A DNA stretch of 34,582 nt from Candidatus Deferrimicrobiaceae bacterium (GCA_035465135.1 DATHRO010000085.1:1-34582), one strand, 5' to 3'; counted from the first letter of the stretch, positions 7,692 to 15,808 are shown. Numbers and translations: made by a program. The notes: generated from the letters alone by a model not told the origin.

Positions 7692-8284
7692 CCGCCTCGC
7701 CTGGATGCCTCGCGGACTGGCTCGCCGCCAGCGCGCGCGATGCGAATGAGAACGACCGCAACGCCGAGGAGGATGGTCCAGACGATCGTCAGGATCGCCA
7801 TCAGCAGGCCGACGTTCAGGCCAGGGATCGACAGGCCCGGGTCGGCGATGAAGAGCTGGGCATCGCCGGCGACCTCGACCGAGATCGTGGCGATCTCAGG
7901 CTCCGACTCGTTCGGCAGGAGGTACTCCACCCGGATGTCGTGGTGGCCGGTGACGCGCGGCCGATAGGCCAGCGTCGCGACGCCGGCATCGTCGGTGACC
8001 GCGGTCGCCACCTCGACCTCGCCGGAGACGCCCGCGAACGTCGCGTCGAGGTAGAACGTCACCGGCGTGCGGGCGAGCGGCGAGCCGTCGGCCGAGCTCA
8101 GCGCGACCGGGATGTTGGTCACCGTGCCGACCTCGAGCGTGCCCGGGACGCCGATCCTGACCGTCACATGGCTGGCGCCGACGGGCCCCGCGAGGACGAG
8201 GCTCATGACGGCCAGGGCGACGGTCGTTATCGCCCATGCTGCGAGTCGCTTCGTGCCCACCATCGAACGTGTCCCTCCTGTCAT
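7688..8284 (-). CDS. Unknown exported protein: signal peptide, all-beta (Ig-like) domain, C-terminal TM anchor
   Basis: Signal peptide KRLAAWAITTVALAVMSLVLAGPVGAS followed by HVTVRIGVPG. The middle region is beta-rich with V/T alternation. C-terminal TM segment VGLLMAILTIVWTILLGVAVVLI followed by a basic tail. ATGA overlaps at both ends (8281-8284 and 7688-7691). Confidence 0.5.
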   Translation of the reverse strand: MTGGTRSMVGTKRLAAWAITTVALAVMSLVLAGPVGASHVTVRIGVPGTLEVGTVTNIPVALSSADGSPLARTPVTFYLDATFAGVSGEVEVATAVTDDAGVATLAYRPRVTGHHDIRVEYLLPNESEPEIATISVEVAGDAQLFIADPGLSIPGLNVGLLMAILTIVWTILLGVAVVLIRIARAGGEPVREASRRGG

Positions 8285-9624
8285 CCCTCTGCCGGTGATG
8301 GCGCCGGCAGCGTCTCCGGCGGCGACTCAGCGGCCTCGAAGTCCTCGGCGATCTCCCAGACGGCGAGGATCGGGAAGAGCTTGGTGAAGATCGTGATGAG
8401 GAGCGCGAACAGCGCGAGCCCAGCCGCGAGCATCGACCACTCCACCCACGTCGGGGCGTAGGCGGACGGGTCGTAGGGCATCAACGGCACGCGCAGCCCG
8501 CTGACGACGATCACGTAGCGCTCGATCCACATCGCCACCGTGACGAGGCCGGCGGCCACGATCGCGCCGCGGGCATTGCGGGTCCAGGGCAGGAGCACGG
8601 TCACGATCGGCGCGACCAGACCGCCGAGGAGGTAGAACCAGTACAGCGGGCCGAACTGGTTGAGGAAGAGTTGCCGGAAGTGGAACTCGACCCCCTCCTC
8701 CATCTTGTAGCCGTGCGTCATCAGCTCCGAGATGTTGGCGTAGAGCATGATCGCGGCGAAGGCCGCCATCAGGTAGCCGAGGTACACGAAGTGCGTGTCA
8801 GTCACGTACCTCCCGAGCCTGTAGGCGCGCCGGAGGACGGCCATCACGAGGATCAGGATCGCGATGCCGGAGAAGATCGCGCCGGCCACGAAGAAGGCGC
8901 CGAAGAGCGTGCTGTTCCACGGCACCCGGAGCGTCATCCCGAAGATCCATGAGACGACGGTGTGGACGGACACCGCGATCGGGATGATCAGGATCATCAG
9001 CACGCCGATCGCCCGGGCGAGGGAGCGCTTCTGCCCGTCGCTGCCCACCCAGCCGATGGCCAGGACGCGGTAGAGCCCGCTGCGCCAGCGCGACGACGAG
9101 CCGGCCAGCCGATCCCGGAACAACGCGAGGTCCGGGATCATCGGCACGAACAGATAGGTGATGCTCGCGGTCAGATACGTCGTGATCGCGAGGACGTCCC
9201 AGATGATCGGCGACTGCCAGCGGCCGTAGATCACGACGTTGAGCAGCCGGTCGGGACGGCCCAGATCGATGATCACGTAGGAGGCCCCGCAGACCAGGGC
9301 GACGACCGTGATGAACTCGGCCATCCTGGTCACCGGCGTCCGCCAGCGAGCGTTCGAGACACGCAGGATCGCGGAGATCAACGTTCCGGCGTGGCTGATG
9401 CCGATGAAGAACACGAAGGTGGCGATGTAGAGGCCCCAAGAAATCCGGTCGCGCATGCCGGTCACGACGAGCCCGTCACGGAGCTGGGTGAAGTACGCGT
9501 AGGCGCCCCAGGCGATGATCGCGAGCAGGATCGCGACGACCAGCCAGAAGCGGCGCGACGTCCGGCGAACCGGCGCGACCGCGGTTTCGACGAGGCGTTC
9601 GCGTTCGCGGCTCAGCGCGTCCAC
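8281..9624 (-). CDS. NrfD/PsrC-family polytopic membrane subunit (quinone-interacting)
   Basis: Multi-TM protein with the typical N-terminal FWLVVAILLAIIAWGAYAYFTQLRDGLVVTGMRDRISWGLYIATFVFFIGISHAGTLISAILRV. I chose GTG 9624 because GGAG lies 7 nt upstream. The track start (GTG 9660) has no SD and overlaps the FeS gene by 49 nt; either start is possible. Confidence 0.85.
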   Translation of the reverse strand: MDALSRERERLVETAVAPVRRTSRRFWLVVAILLAIIAWGAYAYFTQLRDGLVVTGMRDRISWGLYIATFVFFIGISHAGTLISAILRVSNARWRTPVTRMAEFITVVALVCGASYVIIDLGRPDRLLNVVIYGRWQSPIIWDVLAITTYLTASITYLFVPMIPDLALFRDRLAGSSSRWRSGLYRVLAIGWVGSDGQKRSLARAIGVLMILIIPIAVSVHTVVSWIFGMTLRVPWNSTLFGAFFVAGAIFSGIAILILVMAVLRRAYRLGRYVTDTHFVYLGYLMAAFAAIMLYANISELMTHGYKMEEGVEFHFRQLFLNQFGPLYWFYLLGGLVAPIVTVLLPWTRNARGAIVAAGLVTVAMWIERYVIVVSGLRVPLMPYDPSAYAPTWVEWSMLAAGLALFALLITIFTKLFPILAVWEIAEDFEAAESPPETLPAPSPAEG

Positions 9625-10559
9625 GGGATCGCTCCGTCGACGTCCACCTGCCACGGCCACTCGGTCGGCAGGCGCCCGGCTGCATAGACGTCTCGACCGA
9701 CGGCCTCGCCATGACCCGCGATGTAGTAGACGCGCGGGTTCGTGCCCAGGTCGCTCTTCAGCTGGTAGGCCTGGTTGTCGGACATGAACCGCGAGGCCGA
9801 AACGACGACCTCGCCGTTCGTCGCCAGATCCTCTTCAAGATCGCCGTACAAGATCGCGCCGTGGGGGCAGCCCTGGACGCAGTACGGCAGCGTCGCCGCT
9901 CGGGCCATGTCAGGGCAGAAGTCGCATTTCATCACCGTCCCCCGCTTCGCCGGGACCTGGTGCTCGGCGGAGTACTCGGCGAGGCCGGCCTCCTCCGGGA
10001 TCGGGGGGTCGCCCCAGTTGAAGAAGCGGCGGTCGTAGGGGCAGGCGGCCATGCAGATTCGGCAACCGATGCAGCGCTCCTGGTCGATCAGCACGGTGCC
10101 CTCCGGCGCGGAGAACGTCGCCCCGACGGGGCAGACGTTGACGCACGGCGGGTTCTGGCACTGCTGGCAGGGCGTCGGGATGAACTGCGTGCCGCCACCG
10201 GGCAGCTCGGACTCGAAGACCTGGATCCACTCCATCGGCTCGGGCGCGAAGTGGCCCTCGATGCAGGCGGCGGTGCATCGAGGCGCGGAGCCGACGCTCT
10301 GGCAACCGTCGCACAGCCGGAGGTCGATGATCATCGTCCACTGGCGGACCCGGCCGTCCGGAGTCAGCGCCGGCTGCTGACCCGGAGGTATCGCCGCTCT
10401 CTCGCTCGTCAGCGATTCCAGAACCCGCGGGAGGACCGGCACGGGCGCCAGGGAGGCGGCACCAAGACCGATGACGCGGAGCATCGTGCGGCGCCCGATC
10501 GTCGGACCGGACTGCGGCGTCGCCTGGGCTGTCGCCTCTTCTGGCCGGAATCGTGGCAT
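9612..10559 (-). CDS. Tat-exported 4x[4Fe-4S] ferredoxin-type subunit (NrfC/PsrB/DmsB/ActB2-like)
   Basis: ATG 10559 follows GAAGG. The twin-arginine signal IGRRTMLRVIGLGAASLA lies at residues ~21-38. Four Cys groups: CDGCQS...C...C, CQQCQNPPC...CP, CIGCRIC..ACP, CDFC...C..CP. Confidence 0.85.
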   Translation of the reverse strand: MPRFRPEEATAQATPQSGPTIGRRTMLRVIGLGAASLAPVPVLPRVLESLTSERAAIPPGQQPALTPDGRVRQWTMIIDLRLCDGCQSVGSAPRCTAACIEGHFAPEPMEWIQVFESELPGGGTQFIPTPCQQCQNPPCVNVCPVGATFSAPEGTVLIDQERCIGCRICMAACPYDRRFFNWGDPPIPEEAGLAEYSAEHQVPAKRGTVMKCDFCPDMARAATLPYCVQGCPHGAILYGDLEEDLATNGEVVVSASRFMSDNQAYQLKSDLGTNPRVYYIAGHGEAVGRDVYAAGRLPTEWPWQVDVDGAIPWTR

Positions 10560-10614
10560 GCGCACCTTCGCTGCGAGCCTTCGCCCGCCCATCGTCGCGG
10601 CGGAGCGTCGGCCT

Positions 10615-10673
10615 ACGCATCCCCCGAGGAGGTCATGCGTCGATCGGACTTCGGCGAAACGCACTAGTGCGTT
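10615..10673. promoter_or_regulatory. Two inverted-repeat operator candidates sharing an ACGCA(Y) half-site in the divergent FeS-operon/DinB promoter region
   Basis: There is a perfect 16-bp palindrome AACGCACTAGTGCGTT at 10658-10673. ACGCAT (10615-10620)-N14-ATGCGT (10635-10640) forms a second inverted repeat. The palindrome is 99 nt upstream of the FeS-gene ATG and 81 nt upstream of the DinB ATG. Confidence 0.5.
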
Positions 10674-10753
10674 CCAGCGATGCCAGTCGGGCCCCCCGGC
10701 GAGGTCCAGAGGGCAGCCTCGAACGACTGTGGCCGCCGCCGCCCGGAGCGGTC

Positions 10754-11314
10754 ATGATGGTGACGATGACCGACTCGATCCGTCCGTTCTACGCCGACTG
10801 GCCGGGCTACAACCGTCGCCTGACCGAGGCGCTGCGCGGCCTGCCCGCCGCGGACCTCGGGCTGCGGGTTCCCGGCTCCGACCACTGGCCGATCTGGGCG
10901 ATCGCCGGCCACTTGGCCGGGACGCGCGTCTACTGGCTGTGCGAGGTCGTCGGCGAGCCGGGCGCGGACGACACGCCGTTCACCGACGTGGCCAACACCG
11001 GTTGGGAGGACGACCTCTCGCACCCGCGTTCGGGCGCCGAGCTGGAGTCAGCGCTCACCTCGACCTGGCGGATCGTCGAGGGCTGCCTCGAGCGCTGGAC
11101 ACCGGAGATGCTCGGCGAAAGCGTCGCTCGCCAGCGGGGCGCGACGCGGCAGGTCCATACGCGCCAGTCGATCCTATTGCGCCTGATCCACCACGAGGCG
11201 TACCACGTAGGCGAGATCAGCCTCGTCCTCGGCGCCCACGGGCGCGAGCCAATCAACCTCTGGCCGCCGGCCGACTGGGCCGCGGATGCACCGCGCGCGC
11301 TGCGCGAGGGTTGA
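10754..11314 (+). CDS. DinB/DinB_2 superfamily (four-helix-bundle metal-binding) protein
   Basis: ATG 10754 follows GGAG. The spacing of WPIWAIAGHLAG and LIHHEAYHVGEI is typical of the His-triad DinB fold. Confidence 0.75.
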   Translation: MMVTMTDSIRPFYADWPGYNRRLTEALRGLPAADLGLRVPGSDHWPIWAIAGHLAGTRVYWLCEVVGEPGADDTPFTDVANTGWEDDLSHPRSGAELESALTSTWRIVEGCLERWTPEMLGESVARQRGATRQVHTRQSILLRLIHHEAYHVGEISLVLGAHGREPINLWPPADWAADAPRALREG

Positions 11315-11323
11315 GGCGAGTCG

Positions 11324-11845
11324 TCAGGCGCGCGATCGATTGTCGGCCCAGGCCCGCCACAGGATGAACAGGCCGACCGCGACGACCGCGACGCCCCAGT
11401 AGTCGAGCACGTCGACGGCCTGGCCGCCGATCAGCAGCGCGGCCCCGACGATCGAGAGGATGCCGCCGGGGATGATCGGCCACCAATGGCTCTCGGCGGC
11501 CTGCATGAGGGCGCCGATGACCCAGATCGCCACGAAGCCGAGACCGAGGCCCAGCACGATCGCCCCGCCTTCGCCCTCGTCACTGCTCCAGGTGATCGCC
11601 TGCGAGACGACGATCCCGGCCCCTAGACCGGTCATGATCCCGCCGGGCACGAGGTAGCCGTACTGGCGCGTATAGACGAATGCGCCCAGGAAGCCCAGGC
11701 CGATGAGCAGCACGATCCAGCCGCCGATGTCGGTCGTCGGCTGCCACACCTGGGTGATCAGGCCGATCACGCCGATGATGATCAGGACGATGGCGAAAAC
11801 GGTGCGGTCGCGTCCCTGCCTCGCGCCGCCGGCAACCTCAGACAT
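11324..11845 (-). CDS. Integral membrane protein of unknown function (about 5-6 TM segments)
   Basis: ATG 11845 is preceded by GGAGGGAG. The protein consists of repeated Gly-rich hydrophobic segments (FAIVLIIIGVIGLI, WIVLLIGLGFLGAFV, GGIMTGLGAGIVV, IVLGLGLGFVAIWVIGAL, GGILSIVGAALLIGG, VAVVAVGLFILW). Confidence 0.55.
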   Translation of the reverse strand: MSEVAGGARQGRDRTVFAIVLIIIGVIGLITQVWQPTTDIGGWIVLLIGLGFLGAFVYTRQYGYLVPGGIMTGLGAGIVVSQAITWSSDEGEGGAIVLGLGLGFVAIWVIGALMQAAESHWWPIIPGGILSIVGAALLIGGQAVDVLDYWGVAVVAVGLFILWRAWADNRSRA

Positions 11846-12011
11846 GCGCACTCCCTCCGAGCCCAGCATCCCGGCGGCCCGTCGGGCCGCCTCGAGCACG
11901 GATGCCGCCAGTCTCTGATTCCGCACGCAGGCGAGCCCCGGCCGAAAGGGCCCTCCGGCACCCGCCAACGGGGCCGGTCGGCCTCAACGGACCACGCGGC
12001 CTCGGCCGCCC

Positions 12012-12869
12012 TCAGCCCGACGAAGCTCGAAGGATCACGCCGCCGACGCATCCTGGCCCGATATGTGGGCCGATCGTCAGCCCGATCGGACAGACGACCA
12101 CCTTCGATGCGTCGATCTCGCCGGGCATCCTCGCCAAGAGCTCGTCCCGGAAAGCCTCGCCATCGGCGGGCGGGCTGTAGAGGATCGCAAGTCGCTCGAC
12201 CGGTGCGCCGGTCAGGTACCGGAGGACGCGCTGCCGAGCGGCACGTCGGGTCGGAACCCGGTCGAGAATCGCGACCTGGCCGTCCGAGACGGTGATGACC
12301 GGCTTCACCGCGAGCAGCGCCCCGATCCGCGCGGCCGCCCCGGAGATCCGGCCTCCTCGGCGAAGGTATTCCAGTGTGTCGAGGGCCGCGTACAGCTCGA
12401 CGTCGGCCGCACGCCGGGCGAGCACGCGAGCGATCTCGGCGGCCGAGACGCCGAGGGCTGCCATCTCGGCACCGAGGATCGTCAACAGCCCGGTCGCCAT
12501 CGAGGCCGTCCCGCTGTCGACGACATGAATCTCGCGGTCCGGATAGAGCTCGGCCGCAACGCGCGCCGAATCGAACGTCGCCGACATTCGCGCGCTCATC
12601 TGGACCGAGACGATGGCCTCGGCGCCCGCATTGAACGCCGCCTCGTACGCGTCCTTGAACGCGCCGGGTGAGGGCGGCGCCGTGATCGGAAACGGCGCGT
12701 CCCGACCGCGCATCCGGTCCCAGAAGGCGTCCGTCGCAAGGTCGATTCCGGCCTGGTACGTGTCCGCGCCGAAGGTCACGACGCTCGGGACGACGAAGAT
12801 CCCGAGCGCCTCGGCCAGCTCGGGCGTCAGATCCGCAGCCGTGCTCGTGACGATGGCAGCAGTGACCAT
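12012..12869 (-). CDS. DegV family fatty-acid-binding protein
   Basis: ATG 12869 follows GGAGGGAGG. Motifs seen: IVTSTAADL, T.PPSPGAF..AYE, IVSVQMSARMSATFDSA, VVDSGTASMATG and LEYLRRGGRIS. Confidence 0.85.
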   Translation of the reverse strand: MVTAAIVTSTAADLTPELAEALGIFVVPSVVTFGADTYQAGIDLATDAFWDRMRGRDAPFPITAPPSPGAFKDAYEAAFNAGAEAIVSVQMSARMSATFDSARVAAELYPDREIHVVDSGTASMATGLLTILGAEMAALGVSAAEIARVLARRAADVELYAALDTLEYLRRGGRISGAAARIGALLAVKPVITVSDGQVAILDRVPTRRAARQRVLRYLTGAPVERLAILYSPPADGEAFRDELLARMPGEIDASKVVVCPIGLTIGPHIGPGCVGGVILRASSG

Positions 12870-12957
12870 CCGCTGGCCTCCCTCCAGTCCCCCGGCCATT
12901 CTTGCACGCCCGGCGCGCGGCGGACCGTATCCGGCGCCCGTTTCGTATCCTGATCCG

Positions 12958-13974
12958 GTGACGCTGCGGGTCGGGCTCTTCGGCGCCGGCAACATCTTCG
13001 AGCGCGGCTACCTGCCGGCCCTCGTCGAGACCGAGGCCGTCCGGGTCATGGCGGTCTGCGACCTCGACGCGGAGCGAGCGGCCCGAGCCGCCGACCGCCT
13101 CGACGGGGCCGTCGCGCTGTCGACCGACGAGGAGCTGCTGGCCTACCCGAATCTCGACGCCGTGTTCGTGCTGACGCCGCCGGATAGCCACGCCGCGCTG
13201 ACGATCGCCGCGCTGGAGTCGGGACGCGACGTCCTGTGCGAGAAGCCGATGGCCAGGTCCGGCGACGACGCTCGCCGGATGGCCGCGACCGCCGAACGGA
13301 CGGGTCGCCGCCTGATGGTCGGCCACACCCGCCACTTCGACGATCGCTGGACCGCGATGCACGACCAGATCGCGGCCGGCCGTGTCGGCGAGCCCGTCTA
13401 CGCCTACCGCTCCGAGCACGCCTACAACGGCGCACCGGAGGGCTCGTGGATCTGGCAGGGCGAGATCAGCGGCGGCGTCCTGTGGGACGTCGGGGTCCAC
13501 GTCGCCGAGCTGTTCCGGTGGTTCATGGGCGAGATGCCGCAAACGGCCTTCGCGAAGGTCATCAACAGCCGACCAGAGGCCCGCGCTGGCGGCGCGCCGG
13601 ACGCCGCGGTGGCGACGTTCACGTTCGGGCCGAATCGCCACGCGCTCATGAGCGTGTCGTGGCTGCACCCGCCGGCCTGGGGCCCGTTCTACGCCACGAC
13701 CGAGGTCGTCGGGACCACCGGCCGGATCGAGGCCTACGATCGCGAGAGCAACCCGGCCAGCATCGTGGGGTCCGGGCTGGAGATCCCACGGACCTCGCCA
13801 CTGCTGTCGGCGATCTCAACCGCGTTCCGGCGCGAGATCGAGCACTTCGCCGAGGCGATCGAGACCGGGGCCCCGTTTGCGGTCACGGTGGACGACGCCA
13901 TCGGGGCCATCGACATGATCGAGGCGGCCGACCGCTCCGTTCGCAGCGGCCGGCCGGAGGCGGTACGACGGTGA
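12958..13974 (+). CDS. Gfo/Idh/MocA family NAD(P)-dependent oxidoreductase
   Basis: N-terminal Rossmann RVGLFGAGNIFERGYLPAL plus the LCEKPMA motif. The start is uncertain: GTG 12958 is in frame but has no clear SD. Confidence 0.75.
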   Translation: MTLRVGLFGAGNIFERGYLPALVETEAVRVMAVCDLDAERAARAADRLDGAVALSTDEELLAYPNLDAVFVLTPPDSHAALTIAALESGRDVLCEKPMARSGDDARRMAATAERTGRRLMVGHTRHFDDRWTAMHDQIAAGRVGEPVYAYRSEHAYNGAPEGSWIWQGEISGGVLWDVGVHVAELFRWFMGEMPQTAFAKVINSRPEARAGGAPDAAVATFTFGPNRHALMSVSWLHPPAWGPFYATTEVVGTTGRIEAYDRESNPASIVGSGLEIPRTSPLLSAISTAFRREIEHFAEAIETGAPFAVTVDDAIGAIDMIEAADRSVRSGRPEAVRR

Positions 13975-14972
13975 GCGCCAGGATCCGGCTCGGCATCGTC
14001 GGCTTCGACCATCCTCACGTCCTGCGGTTCGCGCCGATGCTGGCCGCCGACCCGCGGGTCGAGCTGGCCTGGATCTCCGAGGACGGGCCGAACCGGGCGG
14101 CCGCGGCGGCGATGGCTGAGCGCCTTGGCGTGCCGCTCGTCGAGGAACCGGCCACCGACGTCGATGCGGCCTACCTCGCGATCCGGCCGGGACGCCACCT
14201 CGAGATCGTTCGGCACCTCGCGCCGGACGGCGTCCACCTGCTGGTCGACAAGCCGATTGCGCTGACCGCCGAGGACGGTCGCGCGATCGTCGAGGAGGCC
14301 GGGCGGGTGGGCGTTCGCCTGATGGTCCCGTTCAACCCGCGCGGCCAGGTCGGGCCGCGGCTGGTGAAGGACCGGATCGATCGGGGCGAGCTCGGCGAGA
14401 TTCGCCTCGTCCACGTCGTTAAGGTCGGCAAGGTCCCGCTGACCATCCCCGGCATCGATGCGTCGTGGCTGACCGACCCGGCCGAGGCCGGGTTCGGCGG
14501 CTTCGGCGACATCGGCATGCACGCCGTCGACGCACTGCGCTGGCTGATCGGAGCGGAGCCGCAACGCGTCTACGCCCGGATCCATCGCGGCGTCCGGCCG
14601 GCCCTGCCGGTCGACAGCATCGGGACGGCGACGATCGAATGGGCCGGCGGCGCGATCTCGACGCTCACCGCGGGCTGGGCCAACCCGGACGGCTACCCGT
14701 CGTTCCTCGACGCTCGCTTCGAGGTCGTCGGCAGCCTTGCCGCGGCTCGCGTCGACCACGCCTACCAGGAGATCCGGATCGCCGACATGGCTCGCTCCGA
14801 GCGCCTCGCCGCAACGCGCACGGACGCCGCCTGGAACCTCGATGCGTTCATCGACGCGGTCAGGTTCGACCGGCCGCCGCCGATCAGCGGCGAGGACGGC
14901 CTGCGGGCGCTCGAGCTGATGCTCGCCTGCTACCGCTCGGCGGCCCTCGGCGAGGAGGTCGTGCTGGCCTGA
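13971..14972 (+). CDS. Gfo/Idh/MocA-like oxidoreductase (divergent N-terminal nucleotide-binding motif)
   Basis: The GTG start overlaps the upstream stop (GTGA at 13971-13974). Motifs seen: IRLGIVGFDHPHV and LLVDKPIALT. The C-terminal alpha/beta domain is similar in layout to its neighbour. Confidence 0.7.
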   Translation: MSARIRLGIVGFDHPHVLRFAPMLAADPRVELAWISEDGPNRAAAAAMAERLGVPLVEEPATDVDAAYLAIRPGRHLEIVRHLAPDGVHLLVDKPIALTAEDGRAIVEEAGRVGVRLMVPFNPRGQVGPRLVKDRIDRGELGEIRLVHVVKVGKVPLTIPGIDASWLTDPAEAGFGGFGDIGMHAVDALRWLIGAEPQRVYARIHRGVRPALPVDSIGTATIEWAGGAISTLTAGWANPDGYPSFLDARFEVVGSLAAARVDHAYQEIRIADMARSERLAATRTDAAWNLDAFIDAVRFDRPPPISGEDGLRALELMLACYRSAALGEEVVLA

Positions 14973-14984
14973 CCGGCACCGGCG

Positions 14985-15476
14985 TCAGCGCAATCGGGCC
15001 TCCGCGGCGATGCGACCGTCGCGCGGCCGGACGATCCGGTCGAACAGCGCCGGCAGGAACCAGCGCAGGAAGTACAGCCGGCAGCCGAGGCAGTAGCCGG
15101 TGACGGCCAGCACGGTCTGGAGCCCAGCGACCGCGAGGACGGCGAGCCAGCCGGCAGTCGTCGCACCGGCCGCGAGCAGGGCCAGGCCGACGGTCAGCCC
15201 GATCGTGCCCAGAGCCTGGGCGAAGCGAGGCGGGAACTCGGCCTCGAGCTCGGTCGGCGGACCGATCCGGAGCACCCGCCTGACGATCGGCCACGGCCGG
15301 CCGAGCGCCGAGTACTGGGTTCCGAAGAACGCACTGACGCCGAGCGCCAGCGCGATCGCGGCGACGACGAGCGGAGCGTCGGCCACCACGGCGAGTATGA
15401 GCAGCGTTGCCGACAGGCCGCCGCCGAAACGGTGGCCGCGTGGGTCGATGAGGCGGGTGGTTGAGCTGGCGGACAC
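14985..15476 (-). CDS. DUF4395-family membrane protein
   Basis: GTG 15476 follows GGGAG. IDPRGHRFGG, E.EFPPRFAQALG and the C-terminal YCLGCRLYF are hallmark stretches of this family. I rejected the longer Arg-rich N-terminal extension. Confidence 0.65.
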   Translation of the reverse strand: MSASSTTRLIDPRGHRFGGGLSATLLILAVVADAPLVVAAIALALGVSAFFGTQYSALGRPWPIVRRVLRIGPPTELEAEFPPRFAQALGTIGLTVGLALLAAGATTAGWLAVLAVAGLQTVLAVTGYCLGCRLYFLRWFLPALFDRIVRPRDGRIAAEARLR

Positions 15477-15808
15477 TGGATCTCCCTCGGATTCCGGGAC
15501 GACGCGCGATGCGGCGGCGATCCGGGGAGAGTCCGAACGGGCTGACCGGCGGGCCGTGGCGCGCGGGACGCTTGGGGCCTGCGAGGTCGGTCGGTGATGA
15601 GCCGGGCGGTCCTCAGGCGGACCGGCGCGCACCCGCGGCCGACGCTCGCCGGCTACACGCGCAGGTTTGGAGGGTGCGGGACGCGCTCATCAGAGGCCGG
15701 ACTCTAGCACACACCTCGGTGAGACCTGCCAGCGGTACCGCCGGCCCGCGGTCGGCGTACGCGCGCACGGTTGCGGCCCGCGGCCGTCGCCCCTACGCTG
15801 CCGCTTCC

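Noticed and set aside
7210-7761. Upstream extension of the EB_dh-like ORF (485-aa version in the track).
   Set aside because: The extension is Arg/Pro-rich and overlaps the whole cytochrome c gene in another frame. The internal GTG 7209 has a GAGGAG SD and yields a proper lipoprotein signal peptide.
10560-10664. Upstream extension of the FeS-protein ORF (start at 10664).
   Set aside because: It would push the twin-arginine motif to about residue 58 and would start inside the 16-bp palindrome. ATG 10559 has a GAAGG SD and gives a normal Tat signal.
10635-10667. A 10-codon mini-ORF (MRRSDFGETH) preceded by GAGGAGG and ending at the TAG in the centre of the palindrome; a possible leader peptide.
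   Set aside because: The SD-to-ATG spacing is only 2 nt, and nothing else supports translation. It is more economically explained as part of the operator region.
11873-11891. A very stable hairpin, GGCGGCCC-GTC-GGGCCGCC, about 30 nt upstream of the membrane-protein start.
   Set aside because: There is no U-tract on either strand, and I could not link it to an SD or a start codon. GC-rich self-complementary octamers are common in this composition.
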